Origin: an uncultured Bacteroidales bacterium
Lineage (GTDB): Bacteria; Bacteroidota; Bacteroidia; Bacteroidales; GCA-2748055
Length of the DNA stretch: 64,000 nucleotides
Assembly: GCA_963771005.1 (NCBI GenBank)
Contig: CAVYRO010000003.1
Coordinates: 868,657-932,656, forward strand
Direction of reading: 5' to 3'
In this document: one piece after another, positions 30,481 to 40,545 of the stretch
Layout: every line of letters starts with the position of its first letter
Position numbering within the stretch: position 1 is the first letter of the stretch
The notes under the pieces: model-generated
The model's database searches: none
What the model saw: the letters and a program-made list of their open reading frames with translations, nothing else
What the model was told of the DNA's origin: nothing
Made by a program: the position numbers and the translations under genes

Positions 30481-31623
30481 ATGAAAAGCCAATCTAAACA
30501 AACCATCTGTGTACATGAAGGCCGGGTGGCCGATAAATTCTCGGGCATAAACACCCCGGTTTACACATCTACCTCCTACGGTTACCTGGATAGAGAGGAA
30601 AGATATTACCCGCGATATTTCAACGTTCCCAACCAGAAGGCACTGATCGACAAGCTTTCCAGGCTGGAAAATACCGAATCCGGACTGATCTTCGGTTCGG
30701 GTATGGCGGCTATCAGCACAACTCTCCTCAGTTTACTGGGGAAGGGTGACCATGCCATTTTCCAGAAGGGTCTGTACGGGGGAACGATCCATTTCATCCG
30801 GCAGGACCTTGAGCGTTTCGGCATCGAATTCACCATCGCTGCCAGTAACCCCATTTCAGCCTTTGAGAATGCCATCCGGAAAAATACGAAGGTCATATTC
30901 ATCGAAAGTCCTTCCAACCCGTTGCTTTCCGTAACCGACCTGGAAGCCATTGCGAATCTGTGTAAATCCCGGAATATCATCTCCGTGATCGATAATACCT
31001 TCGCGTCTCCGATCAATCAGAACCCAGCTGATTCTGGTATCGACCTCATTATCCACAGCGCCACCAAATACCTTGGCGGACATAGCGATATTTCCGCCGG
31101 CGCTGTTTTGGGCAAGGAGGAACATATTGCTGCCATTAAGGCAACATCGTTGAATCTTGGCGGTACATTGAATCCTCAGATGTGCCATTTGCTTGAAAGG
31201 AGCATGAAGACCCTCGCCATCAGGGTTGCCAGACAGAATGAGAATGCGATGCGGATCGCACGATTTCTTCATGATCACCCGAAGATCACAAAGATTTATT
31301 ATCCCGGTTTGCCGGATCATGAAGGATATGGAACGGCAAAAAAGCAGATGCTTGGATTCGGCGGAATGCTTTCATTTGAACTGGAGGGGCAGGATTCTTA
31401 TGAATTCCAGAAAAGACTTGAACTGATCAGACCGGCCATGAGCCTGGGCGGGATAGAATCAACAATATGTTCGCCGGCCTTAACATCACACAGGCACCTC
31501 ACAAAGGAACAACGTGAGGATGATGGCATACGGGACAGCCTGCTCAGGCTGTCGGTGGGGATTGAAGATGTGGATGAACTGGTGCAGGATCTGGAACAGG
31601 CGTTTGAAAGGAAACGGATTTAG
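30481..31623 (+). CDS. Cys/Met-metabolism PLP-dependent enzyme (cystathionine gamma-synthase, beta-lyase or gamma-lyase family)
   Basis: The PLP-lysine context is HSATKYLGGHSD. Other matches are ..IFIESPSNPLL.. and the C-terminal LLRLSVGIEDVDELVQDLEQA. Confidence 0.85.
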   Translation: MKSQSKQTICVHEGRVADKFSGINTPVYTSTSYGYLDREERYYPRYFNVPNQKALIDKLSRLENTESGLIFGSGMAAISTTLLSLLGKGDHAIFQKGLYGGTIHFIRQDLERFGIEFTIAASNPISAFENAIRKNTKVIFIESPSNPLLSVTDLEAIANLCKSRNIISVIDNTFASPINQNPADSGIDLIIHSATKYLGGHSDISAGAVLGKEEHIAAIKATSLNLGGTLNPQMCHLLERSMKTLAIRVARQNENAMRIARFLHDHPKITKIYYPGLPDHEGYGTAKKQMLGFGGMLSFELEGQDSYEFQKRLELIRPAMSLGGIESTICSPALTSHRHLTKEQREDDGIRDSLLRLSVGIEDVDELVQDLEQAFERKRI

Positions 31624-31744
31624 GAGGCAAGAGGAAGAATGAATATGGAACAGGGCGATCGTGAATCATGAAGTACATTAATCGCTGTGATCTCTGAATT
31701 ATGAGATCGTGATGATGTTTTTAGGATATTTCACCATGTAAATA

Positions 31745-32340
31745 ATGGAAACCGCTCCGCGGTTTATGGTTTATCCCGCCTCCTACTGCAGGTAGAATTT
31801 CAAAACCCCGACGTCTGTTTCATGGAACCAAATCCTGTCCGGATATATAAAATTTCTAAGATTAAACTCATTCCAGGGTTTTGAAATTCAACCTGCAGCT
31901 AATTAATGGGCACCGCTCCGCGGTGGGTTCAACCTGGGAATGAGATCCGACCTATGAATTAAATTTGCATTTTTTCCCTGATGAAACCCATTTATAGCAT
32001 GGGAACCGCTCCGCGGTTTATGGTCAACCCTGCGTCCTATGCAGGTAGAATTTCAAAACCCCGACGTCTGTTTCATGGAACCAAATCCTGTCCGGATATA
32101 TAAAATTTCTAAGATTAAACTCATTCCGGGTTTTGAAATTCAACCTGCAGCTAATTAATGGACACCGCTCCGCGGTGGGTTCAACCTGGGAATGAGATCC
32201 GACCTATGAATTAAATTTGCATTTTTTCCCGGATGAAACTCATTTATAGCATGGGAACCACTCCGCGATGGATTCAATCCCGCGAATGAAATCCATCGCA
32301 ACAATGGGTTTGCAATAACCGGGAATGAGATCCGAGTATG
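31745..32340. repeat. 252-254-bp tandem repeat, two near-identical copies plus a degenerate third; each full copy contains a 23-nt inverted repeat
   Basis: Unit starts (ATGG[GA]AACCGCTCCGCGGTTTATGG) are at 31745 and 31999, and in degenerate form at 32251. The arms CTGCAGGTAGAATTTCAAAACCC (31786-31808) and GGGTTTTGAAATTCAACCTGCAG (31876-31898) match at 22 of 23 positions. The same pair recurs at about 32040-32061 and 32128-32150. Confidence 0.9.
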
Positions 32341-32404
32341 AAATTGATTTGTATTTTATGTCATTCGAAGGAAGAACAGCCCGGAGGGCTGGCCATGTTT
32401 TAGC

Positions 32405-32476
32405 CATGGGTTGGAGCAACAGGCGGATAAATTCTGTGGAATGGCCATTTTTTTCGCCTGTTGCTCCTACCCATGG
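32405..32476. other. Long perfect-stem hairpin (21 of 22 bp stem, 28-nt loop) in a non-coding region
   Basis: CCATGGGTTGGAGCAACAGGCG (32405-32426) pairs with CGCCTGTTGCTCCTACCCATGG (32455-32476). The inner 13 bp are perfect. Confidence 0.8.
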
Positions 32477-32610
32477 TTGAACGCGGGAGTTGCCACTAAA
32501 CCATGGAGTGGTTTCCATTGTTCACTATAAGCAAACCATAGGAATTCGATTTCTTCATGGTTGATTCCAACCGTGGATTGTTCTGACTTAAAATTTAAAA
32601 CGAGCCGAAT

Positions 32611-33163
32611 ATGAGAAAAGTGATTATGCAGATGAATGTCTCACTGGATGGAGTTGCCGACCATAATGTGGCCATTGCCGACAATGAGTTGCATGACTTT
32701 GCAACGGAGCAACTCGAGGATACGGATCTCCTTCTGTTCGGAAAGGTAACGTATCTGCTTATGGAAAGTTACTGGCCCCATACACATGAAGATCCCGAGG
32801 CTACCCCGAGCATGGTGGAATTTGCACAGAAATTCAATGCCCTGCCCAAGATCGTATTTTCCCGGACCCTTAAGGAGGCTCGCTGGCAAAATTCACGGAT
32901 AGTCACAACTGATGCGGCTGAAGAAGTGCGCAAATTAAAACGGCAAGCTGGGGAAAAATATAGGTGTCGGCGGAATTGCTTTAAGCAGGGAATTGATGAA
33001 AGAGCGACTCATCGATGAATACATCATCCTTGTCCATCCTGTGATCTGGGGAGAAGGAAGGAAGTTATTTGATGGCTTGGAAGACAGGATAAATCTAAAT
33101 TTGATCAAAACACGGATTTTTAAATCGGGTGTAGTTGTTTTACGATACGAATCCAAGGGATGA
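32611..33163 (+). pseudogene. Dihydrofolate-reductase-like protein (RibD_C family), third paralog, frameshifted in the G4A5 run at 32950-32958
   Basis: ORF 32611..33018 reads MRKVIMQMNVSLDGVADH...EEVRKLKRQAG and then loses homology. The shifted frame continues KNIGVGGIALSRELMKERLIDEYIILVHPVIWGEGRKLFDG...VVLRYESKG*, with the stop at 33161-33163. Confidence 0.75.
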
Positions 33164-33347
33164 TTTTGGTGGCTGAGGATCATTTCCGAAGTCAGACTGA
33201 TGCTTTTTTGATGAAAAAACACCTGATTCCCCTAAGAATTGATCAAAATAGCATCAGATTTGAAGTTTTTTCCGGTCATTTCAAAATTAGCCATGCCCTT
33301 GTCCCGACCTCTCTTTACAACGCTGAAACTCATCGTATCTTTGAACC

Positions 33348-34179
33348 ATGAAAAAACTTTTTCACATCCGGAAATTTTCCGAAGCCGAGGTACGAAAGCT
33401 GGAGAGGACAGTCAATGAACCGCACCAGCATGATTTTGAAGAATTACTCGTGGGCATGGAAGGATCGCTTGAGCATTTTATTGATTTCAAATCAGAGGAA
33501 GTGGATGCTCCGTTTATCAGTTTCGTGACGAAAAGAAAGGTCCACAGGGTTGTTCCCAAAATAAAAGATGGAAAATGCAGTATCTGGGTCATACGCTTCA
33601 GGAGTGAATTTATTCCCGAAACAACCTTCCAGTTATATTCCTGGTTTCACGGGTATGCAAACATGAAGCTTCAATCCGGGGAATGTTTTGACAGGATGCC
33701 CCGGCTGTGTGAAATGATGTATCGCGGAATCCGGGCAGGATGATCCCGATTACGCTGTGATTCGTCACTTACTGAGCGCTCTTTTCATCATGGTTGAGTC
33801 TGAGCGGAAGAAGCTTAATCCCGGTGCTGACATCCTTCATTCGACCCAGAATACAACATTTAAAAATTTTCTGAAAATACTCGAAGAAAATTTCCGTCGT
33901 CCGGAAGGTGTGGAATTCTACGCTGAAAAATTATTCATGACTTCCCGTAATCTCAACCTGATCTGCCATAATATACTGCAGCAGAGCGTCTCGGAAATCA
34001 TCGAGACGCGTAAGCTCATTGAGGCAAAAAACCTGCTTATAAGCACCGGTAAAACTATATCCGAGATCGGTTTTGAATTGGGCTACAACGAGAAATCCTA
34101 TTTCACGAACGTATTCAAAAAAAAGTCCGGACAAACGCCCACTGAATTCCGGGAGGAGATGAGCCGGCTTCTTTCCTGA
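33348..34179 (+). pseudogene. AraC-family transcriptional regulator, frameshifted near 33723-33740
   Basis: The N-terminal cupin-like half is ORF 33348..33743 and the C-terminal HTH_18 half is ORF 33757..34179 (ISEIGFELGYNEKSYFTNVFKKKSGQTPTEFR). The second frame reads back through ESGQDDPDYAVIRHLL, joining the two halves. Confidence 0.8.
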
Positions 34180-34283
34180 TATCACAACACATTTACCGGA
34201 TAATGTAACACTGCAACCTTCTTTAGGCAGTACCTTTGTATTGTTGATTTTACAAAGATTTATTATAAAAAAGGAAAACAAAA

Positions 34284-34835
34284 ATGGGAACAAATTCAGA
34301 AGCTAAGAATAAAACCCGGTGGGTTTCAGATCCGGCACACAGTGAACTCATGTTCAGGGTTAAACATATGATGATTTCCAATGTTAAAGGAGAGTTCACA
34401 AGGTTTACGGCGGAGATTGACGGGGAGAATTTTGTTGAGGCTCCGGTGAATGTGGTCATCGATACTTCTTCGGTTTATACCAACGATGAGAGTCGTGACA
34501 AACATCTTAAAAGTGCTGATTTTTTTGATGCAGATAATCAAAAAGAGATCCGGTTCGAAGGAAAATCGGTCACGAAAGCGAATGACGGTACTTTTGAGCT
34601 GAAAGGACTTCTCACGATGAAGGGGAAGACAAAGGAGGTTATTCTTGATGTCGAATTCGGTGGTATAAACAAGGATCCCTGGGGAAATGAAAAAGCCGGC
34701 TTTTCCCTCAGCGGGAAGATCAACCGGAAAGACTGGGGGCTGAACTGGAATGCAGCCCTGGAGACCGGCGGTGTCCTGGTGAGTGATGAAGTCAGGATCA
34801 GCGGGGAGATACAATTCGTTAAACAGGCTGCCTGA
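34284..34835 (+). CDS. YceI-family (polyisoprenoid-binding) protein
   Basis: Matching segments are WVSDPAHSELMFRVKHMMISNVKGEFTRF, ..SRDKHLKSADFFDA.. and ..LTMKGKTKEV.. Confidence 0.85.
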   Translation: MGTNSEAKNKTRWVSDPAHSELMFRVKHMMISNVKGEFTRFTAEIDGENFVEAPVNVVIDTSSVYTNDESRDKHLKSADFFDADNQKEIRFEGKSVTKANDGTFELKGLLTMKGKTKEVILDVEFGGINKDPWGNEKAGFSLSGKINRKDWGLNWNAALETGGVLVSDEVRISGEIQFVKQAA

Positions 34836-34887
34836 GCATACACGCAGAAAGGCCGCTATGCGGGATGCAGCCTTTAAAAAGAAGGTG

Positions 34888-35715
34888 ATGAAATTACACG
34901 AACTCAATCCGATGACAAACCAATTTACAAGCACCAGCCCGATGCCGGTGCTTTTTCTTGGTCATGGCAGTCCCATGAATGCAATAGAGGAAAATGAATT
35001 TGTTAAAGGTTGGAGGGAGACTGGTAAAACCATTCCCAGGCCGAATGCCATTCTTTGTATTTCGGCCCACTGGGAAACGCGCGGAACCTATGTCACGGCA
35101 ATGAAACGGCCTGCCACCATCCATGATTTCGGCGGATTTCCGCGAGCCCTCTTTGAAGTGCAATATCCAGTCCCGGGAAGTCCGGCGCTTGCTGAGGAAA
35201 CCAAAAATGTCCTTACCGGGACGGATATTCTTTTTGATGATAAATGGGGCCTCGACCACGGTGCATGGTCGGTGATCAGGCATCTCTACCCGGAAGCCGA
35301 TGTGCCCGTCATCGAGATGAGCCTGGATTACGGCCGGTTGCCCCGGTATCACTATGACCTTGCGCGGGAACTCGATCCATTGCGCAGGAAAGGCATCCTC
35401 ATCATCGGAAGCGGAAATATGGTACATAACCTAAGGATGGTTGCGTGGGATAAATTCAATGAGGATGATTACGCCTATGACTGGGCTGCCGAAGCCTCTT
35501 CGGAAATGAAAAAATTCATCCTTGAAGGTGATCACCTGTCGCTGGCCGATTATTCTTCCCGTGGGGAGGCTTTTAACCTGGCTATCCCCACACCGGAACA
35601 CTACCTCCCCCTGCTGTATGTTTTGGCTCTGCAGGGAAAGGATGAAAAGGTAACCCTATTCAATGATAAAGCCGTTGCAGGGTCTCTTACAATGACATGT
35701 GTGCGCCTGGGGTAG
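34888..35715 (+). CDS. ygiD: 4,5-DOPA dioxygenase extradiol (LigB/YgiD family)
   Basis: The conserved N-terminal segment is PVLFLGHGSPMNAIEEN. Other matches are ..ILCISAHWET.. and ..DHGAWSVIRHLYPEADVPVIEMSLD. The start is taken as MKLHEL at 34888; the ORF-track start at 34783 overlaps the YceI gene. Confidence 0.8.
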   Translation: MKLHELNPMTNQFTSTSPMPVLFLGHGSPMNAIEENEFVKGWRETGKTIPRPNAILCISAHWETRGTYVTAMKRPATIHDFGGFPRALFEVQYPVPGSPALAEETKNVLTGTDILFDDKWGLDHGAWSVIRHLYPEADVPVIEMSLDYGRLPRYHYDLARELDPLRRKGILIIGSGNMVHNLRMVAWDKFNEDDYAYDWAAEASSEMKKFILEGDHLSLADYSSRGEAFNLAIPTPEHYLPLLYVLALQGKDEKVTLFNDKAVAGSLTMTCVRLG

Positions 35716-35721
35716 AAGGGT

Positions 35722-36258
35722 GAGCAGATTGTTTCAGGGGGAGTTTTACCACAGATACCACAGATTATCACGGATTAAGAGGGGTTGTTTCAGGTTGTTT
35801 CAGGTTGTTTCAGATTGTTTCAGATTGTTTCAGGTAGTTTCAATTCCATTCAACAAATCAACAAATCAACAAATCAATAAATCAACAAATTCTTCAGGTG
35901 GTTTCAGTGGGAGTTTTACCACAGATTTCACAGATTATCACAGATTAAGAAAGGTTGTTTCAGGTTGTTTCAACTCCATTCAACAAATCAACAAATCAAC
36001 AAATCAACAAATTTTTCGGGTGGTTTCAGTGGGAGTTTTACCACAGATTTCACAGATTATCACAGATTAAGAAAGGTTGTTTCAGGTTGTTTCAACTCCA
36101 TTCAACAAATCAACAAATCAACAAATTCTTCAGGTGGTTTCAGTGGGAGTTTTACCACAGATTTCACAGAATATCACAGATTAAGAAAGGTTGTTTCAGG
36201 TTGTTTCAACTCCATTCAACAAATCAACAAATCAACAAATCAACAAATTCTTCGGGTA
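35722..36258. repeat. Higher-order composite array: about 4.5 copies of a 114/122-bp unit built from the C, 10-mer and 8-mer modules
   Basis: The unit is TTCTTCAGGTGGTTTCAGTGGGAGTTTTACCACAGATTTCACAGATTATCACAGATTAAGAAAGGTTGTTTCAGGTTGTTTCAACTCCATTCAACAAA(TCAACAAA)n. Phase marks at 35890, 36012, 36126 and 36248 give periods of 122, 114 and 122 bp, depending on octamer count. The first unit carries (GTTGTTTCAG)x5. Confidence 0.9.
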
Positions 36259-36266
36259 CCTGGTAC

Positions 36267-37466
36267 TCATGGCTTCAGGTATTCATCGAAAAATGACAGG
36301 ATATACCCGGAAGTTATCTCAAGCTGGTATCGTCCGTCGATTTCCGGCATACCGGCCAGCCAAAACATTTTCTTGAGAATATGACTTTTTAGAAGGGCGC
36401 CGTCATCACTGAAACTAAAATGATTGGCGCCGGCGATGATAAAACGGTGTCTTGCTTCTGGGGGCATACGGTTGTAAACCGATAGAATATTGCTCCTGAT
36501 CGCACTGTCGGCTGCTGCCTGGCGTTTGTGGTCGCTCATAAGGAACATGAAAGGTTTGTGGATACCTTCCCTGATGACATTTCCGTATAAAGCTCCGTCA
36601 ATATCGATGCCTGCATGGATCATGGAATTCGAGGAGACGCTTTGGGCTGCCACCGCTCCCCCGAGTGAGTGGCCAAAGATCCCGATCCTGTTCATATCGA
36701 GCCTGTCGCGGAATCTTCCTGTTGGTGAATCATTCAATATACCCAGTCTTTGAATAACAAATCCCACATCATCACTCCAGGCGGACAGGAGTTTCTGAAC
36801 GACCTTCTCCTGTTCGATACCTGAAAAAATTTCAGGATCATTTTCGGGGGTGCGGTTGTATACTCGCCCGTCGGGAAAAACAACGACCCTGGTCCGGTAA
36901 GGTGCATCGAAACCGGCCACGATATAACCATGACTGGCAAGATCAGCAGCGAGAGCGGAGTATCCGAGTGTCAGCGAGGAAAGGCCCGCTCTCATGATGA
37001 CGACCGGGTATGACCTTCGCTCCCTCGATAGTTCTGCATTGCTGTAAACAGGAGCCCTGACCCTGGAGAGATCGCGTGTCAGAAAGTGACTGATGAGGGG
37101 TCCGCGTACTTTTTCAACCGCCTTTCTCCAGGAAACGGGCATGTAGTCCTCTTTTTCGCCCGGATCATCTTCCGAAGCGGGATACCATACCCATACTACC
37201 ACCTTGCGTATTTCGTCTTTTTCCGGTGCCAACATGTCAGATTGACCGGTATCCGCCCATGCATAGCTTACCCGCCCGACATGGTAGGGTCCTGAAGGTT
37301 CCGGAAGATTCATTGGCATTTTATGCTCGAACCATAAGAGGAGGAGGCCGGTTCCCGCTCCTGCCAGGACAATCAGCGCCAGAATGGTAAATCCATGGAT
37401 TAGACGGAACAGCATCCTTAGAATCCATGGCCTTGTAGCATGGGATGAATCCGGTTTTCCTGTCAT
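36267..37466 (-). CDS. Alpha/beta hydrolase with an N-terminal membrane anchor (PAF-acetylhydrolase or dienelactone-hydrolase-like)
   Basis: The nucleophile elbow is GHSLGG. The N-terminal TM segment is ILALIVLAGAGTGLLLLW. Confidence 0.7.
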   Translation of the reverse strand: MTGKPDSSHATRPWILRMLFRLIHGFTILALIVLAGAGTGLLLLWFEHKMPMNLPEPSGPYHVGRVSYAWADTGQSDMLAPEKDEIRKVVVWVWYPASEDDPGEKEDYMPVSWRKAVEKVRGPLISHFLTRDLSRVRAPVYSNAELSRERRSYPVVIMRAGLSSLTLGYSALAADLASHGYIVAGFDAPYRTRVVVFPDGRVYNRTPENDPEIFSGIEQEKVVQKLLSAWSDDVGFVIQRLGILNDSPTGRFRDRLDMNRIGIFGHSLGGAVAAQSVSSNSMIHAGIDIDGALYGNVIREGIHKPFMFLMSDHKRQAAADSAIRSNILSVYNRMPPEARHRFIIAGANHFSFSDDGALLKSHILKKMFWLAGMPEIDGRYQLEITSGYILSFFDEYLKP

Positions 37467-37648
37467 TGAAATATTTTTCCCGGTTGAAAGACCGGTGTTT
37501 ATCCTAAGTAAAACAACCGCCAGGCGAAAAATGATTTTATTAAACCTGAAACATAAGTCTGAAGATTAAATTCATTTTTCAAACTTACTACCCTGCCGGA
37601 TGTTTATTCCATTCAATAAATCAACAAATAACAAATCAACCAATAATT

Positions 37649-39120
37649 ATGCCCGAAAATGGTACAATGATACAGTACTTCCATGCATACACCCCGGTGA
37701 CGGGAGTCTTTGGAAGAATCTGGCGAAAAATGCCCCGGCCCTGGCCGGGGTGGGGATAACAGCGGTATGGATGCCTCCTGCATACAAAGGAACGTCGGGC
37801 ATTGCCGATACGGGATATGGCGTTTACGACCTTTTCGACCTTGGAGAATTTGACCAGAAAGGTACGGTCCGGACCAAATATGGTACCCGCGATGAATATA
37901 CCGGTGCCATAAAAGCGGTGCAGGATGCCGGAATGCAGGCTTATGCCGATATCGTATTTAATCATAAGCTGGGCGGCGATAAAAAGGAAAAATTCAAGGC
38001 CACACCTTTTAACCCCGGTAACAGGAATGAACCTACAGGAGAATTGCAAACCATAGAAGCCTGGACGAATTTTACGTTTCCTGGACGTAAGAAAAAATAC
38101 TCCGAACTGGAGTGGCACTGGTGGCATTTCAATGCTGCCGATTATAATGCGCTGGATGATAAGAATGACGCAGTTTTTCTTTTTGAAGGAAAGGAATTCA
38201 ATACTTCCGTGGATAAGGAAAAGGGGAATTTCGATTTCCTCATGGGCTGTAACCTGGACTTTAATAATGAGGATGTCAGGAAAGAACTTTTCTACTGGGG
38301 CGAATGGTACCTTGAGAATACCGGGATTGACGGATTCCGTTTCGATGCACTCAAGCATGTAAAATCTGATTTCTTTCTGTTCTGGCTGGATCATCTGCGT
38401 AAGAAAAGCGGCAGGAAATTATTCGCCATGGGAGAGTACTGGTCGAATAACCTGGCTGCACTGGAGAATATTTTGGATGCTACCAACAGAACAATAATGC
38501 TTTTCGATGCAGGGCTGCATTTTAATTTTGCTGCGGCAAGCAAAAAGGGGGAACAATATGACCTGAGGCAGATATTTGATAATTCCCTCGTTAGTATTCA
38601 CCCCGATCTGGCTGTCACACTGGTCAGCAACCATGACACTCAACCCTTGGAATCACTGGAATCGGTGGTAGAGGAATGGTTCAAGCCCCTGGCTTATTCA
38701 ATGATATTACTGAGACAAAGCGGATACCCCTGCATTTTCATGGCCGATTATTACGGCGCGGAATACAGTGGAAAGGCAAGGGATGGAAATGACTATGATA
38801 TAAAAATCAATAGCCACAAATGGATGATCGACAAGTTTCTGTATGCAAGAAAAACATTTTGTTTCGGGGATCAATATGATTATTTCGATCATTCCTCATG
38901 TGTAGGATGGACCCGGACGGGCGATGAAAACCATCCCGGGGGAATGGCGGTTTTGCTCAGCAATGGTGAGGCGGGGACGAAAAATATGCAGACGGCCACT
39001 CCCGGGACCAGTTATTATGATCTGACCGAGCATTTTGATGATGAGATCACGACAGACGGGAACGGATGGGCTGAATTCCGTTGCCCGGCAGGATCCGTCT
39101 CCGTTTGGGTTCCCGAGTGA
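37649..39120 (+). pseudogene. GH13 alpha-amylase (Bacillus licheniformis-type, cytoplasmic), frameshifted in the C4G2 run at 37692-37697
   Basis: The ATG at 37649 gives MPENGTMIQYFHAYTP. The long ORF frame then continues GDGSLWKNLAKNAPALAGVGITAVWMPPAYKG. The conserved GH13 regions are DIVFNHK, GFRFDALKHV, GEYW and LVSNHDTQP. The ORF-track start at 37600 lies inside an 8-mer repeat run. Confidence 0.9.
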
Positions 39121-39439
39121 GCCGGCCGGGTAAAAATAATCAGGATGAACCTTTTTTGGGCCATAGCATTAGCATCCGGAGGGGTTGTACTGGTGATATT
39201 TTTCTGAACAACTCGTGAAAGGCGTGGTCCCTGGGAAGTCCGAAGGGTTAACCGCGAGGTCCTTTATTTTTACCTGCCCGCGAGCGGAGTGACCGTCCTG
39301 TTCATCCTTGGCACGCTGGCCCTTACAAGAAAGATCCCGCGATGGGCCGGTTTCCTTTTGTTGTTGATCTAAATCATCTTTGTTTTTGTTAGTTATACAT
39401 TGAAATGAATCTACAACATGAAATATTTATTTAGTAAGC

Positions 39440-40166
39440 ATGAACCTATCCGGAAATAAAATTCTGATCACCGGGGGAGCCTCAGGCATTGGCCTGGGCC
39501 TGGCGGAAAAATTCATTGGCGAGGGAAATTCGGTCATAATTTGCGGTCGGCGCGAGCCGGCGCTTGATGAGGCATCGGCGTTGTTTCCACCGGTAATTAC
39601 GCGCAAATGTGACCTGTTGGTGCAGGCCGAGCGCGAGGCATTGTTCAACTGGATATCCGATGAGCACAGCGATGTCAATGTCCTGGTTAATAATGCAGGT
39701 ATACAGCAACGGATGGGGATCCATGATGAAAATTTTTTCCCGCGGGCAAAAGAGGAAATACGGATTAATGTTGAAGCCCAGGTCCATTTGATCTCTCTTT
39801 TCCTGGGGTTGAAGTCGTTGGATACGATCCTCAATGTGACTTCCGGGCTCGCATTTGTTCCCATGACCCATGCTGCAGTTTACTCTGCCACAAAAGCCTT
39901 CTTCCATTCCTTTCACGGTTTCCCTCAGGGAGATCGTCAGGCAGGATAACATAGAGGTGATCGAGATCATTCCCCCGGCAGTGAATACGGATCTCGGGGG
40001 GAAGGGCGTGCATAGCAATGCCACCCCTGTCGGTGAATTTGCCGAAGCAGTTCTAAGTCAGCTCAGGCAGGGGAAGACAGAGATCACTTATGGTTTCACG
40101 GAAGGCATGCCGGCGTCTTCTCCTGATGATTTGGAGAAAATATTCAGGAGGATGAACGGAATTTAG
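39440..40166 (+). pseudogene. SDR-family oxidoreductase, frameshifted at the T3 run 39911-39913
   Basis: The cofactor motif is ILITGGASGIGLGLA and the active-site motif is YSATKAF. ORF 39440..39949 reads ..ATKAFFHSF and ORF 39870..40166 continues TVSLREIVRQDNIEVIEIIPPAVNTDLGG in another frame. Confidence 0.85.
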
Positions 40167-40520
40167 GTGTTGTTTGAAATGGTTTGAAATGGTTTGAAAG
40201 AAGAGGAACGCGGATTTGACGGATGTTGACGGATCTCACGGATTTTGGATAGTTGACTCTTCATTCACCAAATCACCAAATTCTCCGAGTTTACCACAGA
40301 TTTCACAGATTATCACGATACCGTGATTATCCGCACAAATCCGTCAATCCGTTTCCTCTCCACTTCACCAAATCACCACTTCACCAAATCACCAAATCAC
40401 CAAATTTCCGGGAGTTTCACCACAGATTTCACAATTATCACAGAAATTGTTTCAGTTGGTTTGAACTCCATTCAACAACTCAACAACTCAACAAATTCTT
40501 ACCAGATCCGTGTTCAGAGT
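40167..40520. repeat. Mosaic intergenic repeat element showing the full module grammar, including D and inverted D modules
   Basis: The order is (GGTTTGAAAT)n; GAAGAGGAACGCGGATTTGACGGATGTTGACGGAT; then (TCACCAAA)n; then ACCACAGATTTCACAGATTATCAC. Next comes the inverted D module (CCGTGATTATCCGCACAAATCCGTCAATCCGTTTCCTCTCC); then (TCACCAAA)n; CACCACAGATTTCACAATTATCACAG; and TTGTTTCAGTTGGTTTGAACTCCAT. The element ends with (TCAACAAC)n and ATCCGTGTTC. Confidence 0.85.
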
Positions 40521-40545
40521 TCAATAAGGTGTATATGAATGGATC

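Noticed and set aside
32240-32518. The 92-aa minus-strand ORF in the 1-kb non-coding gap.
   Set aside because: It spans the decayed repeat unit and the long hairpin, shows no homology signal and has odd composition. It is more likely non-coding.
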